A stretch of DNA of 37,149 bases from Helicobacteraceae bacterium (GTDB lineage Bacteria > Campylobacterota > Campylobacteria > Campylobacterales > SZUA-545): contig JAISRI010000213.1 of assembly GCA_031273735.1 (NCBI GenBank), forward strand, positions 1 to 37,149, read 5' to 3'. The notes below the pieces were generated by a model. The model was given only the letters and a program-made list of their open reading frames with translations, ran no database searches and was not told where the DNA came from. This document shows, one piece after another, positions 1-6,097 of the stretch. The first letter of the stretch is position 1, and every line of letters starts with the position of its first letter. The translations under genes were made by a program, and so were the position numbers.

Positions 1-108
1 TTTCGACCTATCGCGCAGTCGATCGAGGATTTTGAGGCGTTTGGTTTCAAAGAGGAGATTTTAGAAAAGATTTTTTATAAAAACGCCGCTAGAATCTTCG
101 GGCTTTAA
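1..108 (+). CDS. 3' end of a CDS entering from upstream; amidohydrolase-superfamily-like C-terminus
   Basis: Frame 1 is open from base 1 to TAA at 106-108. The tail ...FGFKEEILEKIFYKNAARIFGL resembles C-termini of metal-dependent amidohydrolases. Only 35 aa are visible. Confidence 0.35.
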   Translation, partial: FRPIAQSIEDFEAFGFKEEILEKIFYKNAARIFGL

Positions 109-149
109 ATACGCGCCGCATTTTCATTTTGATCTCCGCGCCGCCATTT

Positions 150-590
150 TTGCCGAAAACGGCGCTGAACTCGCGCTTTCTCGTCGTTTCGCGCAGAGCG
201 GTAGTTTGCGTAGGAAGGCGGGAATCCAAACCAAAACCTCACGAAATGCCAAAAACTTGTGTATTTTCAGCAAATCCTACAAACGCCGTCATTCCCGCGT
301 AGGCGGGAATCCAAATACGGCGTAGCGCCCGCTCCAATGCCTCGCGAAAGTAGCGAGGCGCTAAGGAACGGAGGAGCGCAAGGCGCGGAGGAAGCCGTGC
401 GTATTAAGGCTTACAAACGATTTAAGGGATCAACGCTCCGCGCTGTTTGGATTCGCGCCTTCCTTCGCGATTTACGCCCTCAAAAGCAGGGCTATCGCTC
501 CGTCGCGGGAATGACGGAGGTTGCGGAGGTTTGTCGCTCTAAAGACGGGTTAATAATCCGTCAATCGTTTTTCGCTATCCTCTGAAACGG
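150..590. repeat. Intergenic repeat block 1: units Z1 (261-319), X1 (324-399), Y1 (446-515)
   Basis: It contains GTCATTCCCGCGTAGGCGGGAATCCAAATA at 288-317, an ATTCCC-N8-GGGAAT palindrome. It also contains CTCGCGAAAGTAGCGAGGCGCTAAGGA, and a Y unit bounded by GGATTC..GCGGGAATGAC. Each unit recurs elsewhere in the window. Confidence 0.8.
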
Positions 591-617
591 TCTTAAAATT
601 AAGAGTGATCGGCGTAT

Positions 618-1181
618 TCATGGGCGCTCTTGTCGGCTGTCGATTTTTGCTAATCGCGTTTGCATTTGATCGCGTTTTGTATGCCATTGACTAGAGAATA
701 TCGCCATACGAACGACGTCTATAAAAACGCCGTCATAGAGATGATTTTCTCTAAATATCCCCTCAATAGAAAAGCCAAACTTTTTATGAAGAGAAATTAC
801 GCTCTTGTTGAATGCGAAAACCTCGCAAGATAACTTATGCAGTTCTAACGTTTGAAAAGCGAAGTCTATCGCGGCAAACTCCATCTTAACGCCCTCTCCC
901 GTTTGTCCTCTTATTTCTGAGGATAAATAAAACGCCCATATAGCGTTTTTGTTAACGCGATCAATCTGCGTGAACGCTACTACTCCGATAGCTTTGTTAT
1001 TTAATTCAAATATTCTATAAATATCGCTTTTACTATTTTTTATGCGTTGCCACCACGCGCTATGTTCTTCCGCGCCGATCTCGTGGCGCGTATACATATT
1101 TTTGCGAACTTCTGGACAGTTACGCCATACTCTTAAACATTCAACCTCGTCGTCTTTTATCTCTCTTAATCGGCTTGTCAT
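618..1181 (-). CDS. GNAT-family N-acetyltransferase, PseH-like (pseudaminic acid pathway type)
   Basis: 187-aa ORF. The pattern L..WRN.P.VRK.MY....I....H..WW, then IGVV.F..ID..NK.A....Y, then KL..EVF..N...I.L.KKFGF..EG matches my recollection of PseH-type GNATs. Confidence 0.65.
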   Translation of the reverse strand: MTSRLREIKDDEVECLRVWRNCPEVRKNMYTRHEIGAEEHSAWWQRIKNSKSDIYRIFELNNKAIGVVAFTQIDRVNKNAIWAFYLSSEIRGQTGEGVKMEFAAIDFAFQTLELHKLSCEVFAFNKSVISLHKKFGFSIEGIFRENHLYDGVFIDVVRMAIFSSQWHTKRDQMQTRLAKIDSRQERP

Positions 1182-1254
1182 TTTGCCCTCGTAACATAAG
1201 CTCCGAGAATCATATCTTTTTCTCTTTTAATTCTTGCCCAACCCGCCGATCGCG

Positions 1255-1510
1255 ACCGCCGTATTTAGTCGTTCCCATGAAAGCGGGACGAAGCGACCGC
1301 TCCAAAGCGCTAACTCGCGAAAGTAGCGAGGCGCTAAGGAGGAGCGTAAGTCGCAGAGGAAGCGCTGATCCGCCAATCGTTCGCAGATTTTGAAATACTC
1401 GCGACGCAAAAGCCCTCGTTTTGGATTCCCGCTTTCCTCTGCGATTTCCGCTTCCTGCAGAAGCTATCGCTTCGCGGGAATAATGAGAAGGGACGCGGGA
1501 ATGTATGGAA
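1255..1510. repeat. Intergenic repeat block 2: units X2 (1292-1367), Y2 (1419-1484) plus an extra GCGGGAATG core at about 1495
   Basis: X2 and Y2 lie in the same order and orientation as X1 and Y1 on the other side of the GNAT gene. Alignment was by eye; similarity is high, with a few indels. Confidence 0.8.
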
Positions 1511-1531
1511 TGCGGCGGGTTTAGCGCCGTT

Positions 1532-2527
1532 TCAAAATCTGCTAACGCTAATTGCGATCGCGCTCCATACGCCGCCGTTTTCTAACAGCGCGATCAACTC
1601 TTCAAGGCTCTCGCCGCGCCCCGCTTGCAACGCATACGCGCCTGTTTGCTCAAAACGAGAAAGCGTAAGCGGTTTTTGCGAATAGATCGCGATATAAAAA
1701 TCTTTCGCAAACTCTCCGCCGTTCGTAGAGGCTACTAAATCTAGCGTTGGATCGATACTTTGCGGAATTGTTACGCGCTTAAACGCTTTTATCGGCAAAT
1801 TGCCCGCCATTAACGCCGTTTGACCGCTATCGTATAGATTAAAAAGCGATATAAACCCGTCCGATTCCGCCGTTAAATATAATGAAAATGATTCGCCCTC
1901 TTTTAAGCGCTCTTTACTCGCGCTAATCGTTATTCGCGCATCGATTCTTTCGGGATATAACCGCTCTAAACTTTCGTCGTTCCACGCCAAAACCGCATCG
2001 TTTGTTCCTACCAACCAAACGCCGTTTTGAATATATACTTTTAGCGCTATATCGCACCCTAAAATCTCTTTTAATCTCTGCCCCGTAAAAGAGCCGTTTA
2101 GAAAGCCGCTTTTTTGCGCGCATTTTGGCTTGCCGATCTTTGCGGTTAAACGCTCTTCAAACGGACGAATATCATAACTAAGAGCCGCGAAAAAACGTTC
2201 GCCGATCGACGTTTCATAAATCGTTTCTACGCCGCTTAACTTTGCTTCGCTATAAACGCTTAGATTTCTTGTCGCGCTCCGTTCGTAACTATTGCGATCG
2301 AGCGTCGTTTGTTCTAAAAACTCCGATTTTACCTGCGTTTTTAGCGTATTGGATATTTGCGCTAGCGCCGCGTTTCGCGCCGATTGGGTATCAGCGCCCT
2401 CCCCGTAGCCTATGATAATATATTGACTAGTCGAAGGCTTGCCAAACCACGCGGGTTTGATCTGTTTTTGTTTCTCGCCGCAACCAAAAAGCAAAGCTAA
2501 ACATATAATCGGTAAAAAGATTTTCAT
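1532..2527 (-). CDS. Putative lipoprotein: LPP20-like N-terminal region plus DUF4384-like C-terminal region
   Basis: Signal peptide with LFGC lipobox-like site. GYGEGADTQSARNAALAQISNTLKTQVKSEF resembles LPP20-family lipoproteins. The C-terminal SKERLKEGESFSLYLTAESDGFISLFNLYDSGQ resembles DUF4384, a domain often found with caspase-domain proteins. Its start overlaps the upstream stop (ATGA at 2524-2527). Confidence 0.6.
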   Translation of the reverse strand: MKIFLPIICLALLFGCGEKQKQIKPAWFGKPSTSQYIIIGYGEGADTQSARNAALAQISNTLKTQVKSEFLEQTTLDRNSYERSATRNLSVYSEAKLSGVETIYETSIGERFFAALSYDIRPFEERLTAKIGKPKCAQKSGFLNGSFTGQRLKEILGCDIALKVYIQNGVWLVGTNDAVLAWNDESLERLYPERIDARITISASKERLKEGESFSLYLTAESDGFISLFNLYDSGQTALMAGNLPIKAFKRVTIPQSIDPTLDLVASTNGGEFAKDFYIAIYSQKPLTLSRFEQTGAYALQAGRGESLEELIALLENGGVWSAIAISVSRF

Positions 2528-4962
2528 AGCTCTAACTTATTATTGCCTTCGATCGTAGGCTCTTGGAGATATATGTCGCCTTTTTGCCACGATACCTTTT
2601 TCACCTCCGAAGCGGTCTTTTTATAGAGCAGATCGAGATCGATTTTATCGTTTTCCAATAGCGATCGCGTCAGATAGTAGGTAAATAATCTATGCGGTTT
2701 TTCGGGGTGCGCGGAGCTAAATTGCGCGCTTGTTCCCGCCGTAATCACCACCATTTTGCTACGATCGAATTCGGGGCGTTTGGTTTTGAATAATCCCGCC
2801 GCTACGCCCTTGAAATTTGATATATTATCGGTGCGTCCGCTAAAGCAGCTATCCACAAAGGCTATTACCTGTTTTGCCCCGCTGTTAGACAGACGGTTAT
2901 ATACCTCCGTAGCCATCAGATTTCGCTCTTTTGTTACGTAATCGACGACCTTATCTTTGGGCAAAAAATACGCCTCGCCGCCGCTTGGATTTGGTATTCC
3001 GTGTCCCGAATAGTAAAAGTAGATCGAATCGCCTTTTTGCACGTTCGCTAAAAAGCGTTTTAGGTGATCGTCAAATACGGAAGCGGTGGCGCGATCGTCG
3101 ATAAACGAATAGGTATGGCGATCGTCTATGCCGAGCCTTTTTTGCGCCGCTTTTACAAACGCTTCGGCGCTGTTTTTTGCGTAGATCACGTCGTCCGTTT
3201 CGTCGTAATGTTCCACCGCTACGACAAAGAGCCATTTTTTGGAATCGATCGGCGCTTGTTTTGCCTTTGCTATTAGCGGCGCTAGATCGTCCTGCTCGTT
3301 TCCTTGAAAACGCAGCGCTTTTACCGCAAAGCGATCGATTAGATTGGGGTTTTGCAAAACGGGAGCGTCAAAGTTTATCTTTTCGTCTTTTAACGCGACT
3401 TTAATCGGCTCGTTTTTGAAATCGCCTTTGCTTACGGAAGCGACGGCTTCGCTAAAAAACCCGTAGGGCAAACGTATATCCGAAAGCTCCATTACGTCGT
3501 TTTTGATCGCAAAGGTTACCCGCGCTTCGACTTGGTTTAATCGGTTAAACATATCTTGCGCGTCTTTTGGCGCGATCGCAAACTCTATTCTTTGTTCAAA
3601 GCCGCCGCGAACGGCGTAAATCGTAGCGTAGGCGATCTGTCTTTCCGCGTCATAGACAAAATCGCGCAGAGCGGGAGCGCCAAACTCTTTTGCCATCTCC
3701 TCGCTTAATAGCGCTTCGCGCCGTTGCGGCAGCGTCTGTATATATGTTTGGCGTTCAAGATTGCGCGCTTCGACCGCTTTGCGATAGCGCTCTTGAACAT
3801 GCTCGATCTGTTTTTCGCGCTCCGCCGCCGCCTTGTCGATACGCGCTTGAAACTCGGCTTTGGTTTCAAATTGGCTTTTTGTAAGAACGGGCGCTTCGGG
3901 GAGGCTAGGCGGAGGAATATCCGTGAAAACGGCGTATCCCGCCTTTAGCCGATCTTGGACATTTCTAGCGATTAGCGCCATTTTATCGCCCGTTTGTATA
4001 TCCCACAACCTAACGGTTTGATCGTCGCTTCCAGAAAGAGCGTATTTGCTATCAGAGCTAAAGGCGACGGAATTAACCAAAGAGCTATGCCCCGTAAATC
4101 GGCGAATCTCTCTACCTGTCTGTATATCCCATAACCTAACGGTTTTATCGCCGCTTCCCGAAAGAGCGTATTTGCCGTCAAAGCTAAAGGCGACGGAATA
4201 AATCCTGCCATCGCCTTGTCCCGCAAAGCGGCGAATCTCTTTGCCCGTCTGCGTATCCCATAGCCTAACGGTTTCATCGTAGCTTCCAGAAAGGGCGTAT
4301 TTGCCGTCGGCGCTAAAGGCGACGGAACTAACCCAGTCGCTATGTCCCGTAAATCGGCGAATCTCTTTGCCAGTTTTTATATCCCATAACCTAACGGTTT
4401 TATCGGCGCTTCCAGAAAGAGCGTATCTGCTATCAAAGCTAAAGGCGACGGAATAAACGCTAGAGCTATGTCCCGTAAAGCGGCGAATCTCCTTACCCGT
4501 TTTTATATCCCATAATCTAACAGTTTTATCGCCGCTTCCCGAAAGAGCGTATTTGCCGTCGGCGCTAAAGGCGACGGAATAAACGCTAGAGCTATGCCCC
4601 GTAAATCGGCGAATCTCCTTACCCGTTTTTATATCCCATAACCTAACGGTGTTATCGTCGCTTCCAGAAAGGACGTATCTATTATCGGCGCTAAAGGCGA
4701 CGGAATTAACCAAAGAGCTATGCCCCGTAAAGGTTTGCGAAGCGGACGTGGTAATAGCGATAGCGCTAGGACTATATACGCCGTATCTCTGGCTCTCCCA
4801 AACAACCTTATTTTGCGCGGGTTTATTCGGATCGATCCGCTTAACGGCGGGGCTAGCGTTTTGATTAGTCTGCCCGGCGATACCCAAAGGTCTTACCCCA
4901 ACGCAACCCAAAAGCAAAACCGCGCAACCGATCCATAAAAACGTTTTTATAACCCTAGCCAT
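2524..4962 (-). CDS. Secreted/lipoprotein WD40-repeat protein with C-terminal caspase-like (peptidase C14) domain
   Basis: 812 aa with an N-terminal signal and LLGC site. Six tandem 42-43-aa WD40 units span aa 78-330. A coiled-coil/unknown region spans aa 331-575. The C14 domain carries a His-Cys dyad: YSGHG (H654, nt 3001-3003) and DSCFSG (C706, nt 2845-2847). Confidence 0.85.
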   Translation of the reverse strand: MARVIKTFLWIGCAVLLLGCVGVRPLGIAGQTNQNASPAVKRIDPNKPAQNKVVWESQRYGVYSPSAIAITTSASQTFTGHSSLVNSVAFSADNRYVLSGSDDNTVRLWDIKTGKEIRRFTGHSSSVYSVAFSADGKYALSGSGDKTVRLWDIKTGKEIRRFTGHSSSVYSVAFSFDSRYALSGSADKTVRLWDIKTGKEIRRFTGHSDWVSSVAFSADGKYALSGSYDETVRLWDTQTGKEIRRFAGQGDGRIYSVAFSFDGKYALSGSGDKTVRLWDIQTGREIRRFTGHSSLVNSVAFSSDSKYALSGSDDQTVRLWDIQTGDKMALIARNVQDRLKAGYAVFTDIPPPSLPEAPVLTKSQFETKAEFQARIDKAAAEREKQIEHVQERYRKAVEARNLERQTYIQTLPQRREALLSEEMAKEFGAPALRDFVYDAERQIAYATIYAVRGGFEQRIEFAIAPKDAQDMFNRLNQVEARVTFAIKNDVMELSDIRLPYGFFSEAVASVSKGDFKNEPIKVALKDEKINFDAPVLQNPNLIDRFAVKALRFQGNEQDDLAPLIAKAKQAPIDSKKWLFVVAVEHYDETDDVIYAKNSAEAFVKAAQKRLGIDDRHTYSFIDDRATASVFDDHLKRFLANVQKGDSIYFYYSGHGIPNPSGGEAYFLPKDKVVDYVTKERNLMATEVYNRLSNSGAKQVIAFVDSCFSGRTDNISNFKGVAAGLFKTKRPEFDRSKMVVITAGTSAQFSSAHPEKPHRLFTYYLTRSLLENDKIDLDLLYKKTASEVKKVSWQKGDIYLQEPTIEGNNKLEL
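3973..4731 (-). repeat. In-frame tandem repeat, 126/129-bp period, 6 units (WD40 blades)
   Basis: Units such as TATATCCCATAACCTAACGGTTTTATCGCCGCTTCCCGAAAGAGCGTATTTGCCGTC recur almost verbatim (for example at 4123 and 4504). Protein units are nearly identical: KTVRLWDIKTGKEIRRFTGHSSSVYSVAFS.D.KYALSGS.D. Confidence 0.85.
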
Positions 4963-4989
4963 AGCCGCTCCTTAACAAAGGCTTATTTC

Positions 4990-5400
4990 TAAACGCAAAT
5001 CATACTACGACAACCTTTGATCGCGATCCGCTCTAAAATTGGATCGTCGCATTCCGAAAACTACCTTAAACAAAGTAAATTCTACAAACGCGGTCATTTC
5101 CGCAAATTTAAGCGTAAGCGCGTCCCTTCTTGTCATTCCCGCGACGGAGCGATAGTTTTCATAGGAAGCGTCCATCGCGAAGGAAAGCGGAAACCCAAGC
5201 CAAGACCAACGCATTCAGAAATCTTACGTATTTTCAGCAAATCCCACAAATGCAGTCATTCCCGCGTAGGCGGGAATCCAAATACGCGAAGCGTGCGTAT
5301 TCATATTTACGAATGATCGAAAGCGATCGCAATTCGTAGGTTTTTTAATTTGGATTCCCGCCTACGCGGGAATGGCGGCATTTGTGGGTTTTAGGCGAAT
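4990..5400. repeat. Intergenic repeat block 3: partial Z (about 5080-5105), Y3 inverted (5132-5196), Z2 (5228-5286), Z3 inverted (5349-5400)
   Basis: Z2 is near-identical to Z1 (TATTTTCAGCAAATCC.ACAAA....GTCATTCCCGCGTAGGCGGGAATCCAAATACG). Z3 is its reverse complement, about 62 bp away. Y3 is the reverse complement of the Y1/Y2 type. Confidence 0.8.
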
Positions 5401-5432
5401 AAGGAGCGTTGGCTTTGCGGAGTAACTTTAAT

Positions 5433-5459
5433 CCCGCCCCTTTTTTGCGAAGGAGCGGG
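5433..5459 (-). terminator. Hairpin downstream of the Hsp20 gene (possible terminator)
   Basis: CCCGCCCCTT / AAGGAGCGGG form a 10-bp stem with one mismatch and a 7-nt loop. It lies 22-48 nt past the stop. There is no clear U-tract on the transcribed strand. Confidence 0.4.
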
Positions 5460-5480
5460 CGATAAAAGTAAAACGATCGG

Positions 5481-5897
5481 TTATTTAACGTCGATCTGTT
5501 TTGCGTTTTTAGATTGAGCTTTTGGAAGCGTCAAGGTTAAAACGCCGTTTTTGAAAACCGCCTCGATCGCATCTGGATCGGCGTTGTCGGGTAGGCTGAA
5601 ACGGCGTTCAAAACGTCCGTAACGGCTCTCTAAGCGGTAGTAGTCGTCCTCTTTGACTTCGTTTTCAAACTTTCGCTCGCCGCTAATGCTTAACGCGTTG
5701 TCTTTGAGATCGACCGTAATCCCGTCTTTTTCTACGCCGGGCAGATCGAGCGCGATCAGATACGCCGAATCGGTTTCGCGGGTATTAACCGCAGGACTAA
5801 AACTAGACAGATTGGGCGCGCCGTCGCCCTTTTCGCCAAACGCGTCAAGTAAATGACGGCGAAGCTCTTGAAATGGATCAAATCGTTGTAACGCCAT
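5481..5897 (-). CDS. Small heat-shock protein, Hsp20/alpha-crystallin family
   Basis: 138 aa. Alpha-crystallin domain pattern: AVNTRETDSAYLIALDLPGVEKDGITV...LSISGERK...ERRFSLP...I.A.F.NGVLTLTLPK. Confidence 0.9.
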   Translation of the reverse strand: MALQRFDPFQELRRHLLDAFGEKGDGAPNLSSFSPAVNTRETDSAYLIALDLPGVEKDGITVDLKDNALSISGERKFENEVKEDDYYRLESRYGRFERRFSLPDNADPDAIEAVFKNGVLTLTLPKAQSKNAKQIDVK

Positions 5898-5915
5898 AGG
5901 AACTCCTTAAATAAA

Positions 5916-5942
5916 TTAGCGCTCTATTGCTCTAAGCGCTAA
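5916..5942. promoter_or_regulatory. CIRCE-like inverted repeat (candidate HrcA operator) in the Hsp20 leader
   Basis: TTAGCGCTC-N9-AAGCGCTAA compared with the CIRCE consensus TTAGCACTC-N9-GAGTGCTAA. The A>G and T>C changes are symmetric, so the palindrome is kept. It sits between the predicted -10 and the start codon. Confidence 0.5.
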
Positions 5943-5946
5943 TGAG

Positions 5947-5976
5947 ATTATACAACATTGATACAACCATTGTCAA
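5947..5976 (-). promoter_or_regulatory. Sigma70-type promoter for the Hsp20 gene
   Basis: On the minus strand: TTGACA (5976-5971), an 18-nt spacer, then TATAAT (5952-5947). Both hexamers are perfect consensus. Confidence 0.6.
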
Positions 5977-6097
5977 GTCTTTTTACTAAAATTATGCAAC
6001 TTTTGCGCGAACGGAGGCTTTTCCAGCGCTCAAGCGGCGCGGCGCTAAGATTATCGTAATCACACAAAAACGCGAGCGCGGGAAAGTTGGGAGTTTT

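Noticed and set aside
259-585. 108-aa ORF (also 1175-1393, 1227-1409, 5005-5214, 5017-5316 and 5130-5339) lying in the intergenic repeat blocks
   Set aside because: These ORFs run straight through the X/Y/Z repeat units and give the SFPRRRESKY-type peptides typical of translated REP/dRS3-like repeats. They have Arg/Ser-rich low complexity, no SD, and overlap each other on both strands.
3972-4277. 101-aa alternative-frame ORF inside the WD40 repeats, plus plus-strand ORFs at 2756-4938
   Set aside because: These are periodic shadow ORFs produced by the tandem repeat and the antisense frames of the caspase gene. The WD40/C14 frame accounts for the region.
3973-4731. Regularly spaced near-identical repeats that could suggest a CRISPR array
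   Set aside because: The period is 126/129 bp with no unique spacers. The units are contiguous, in frame, and encode WD40 blades.
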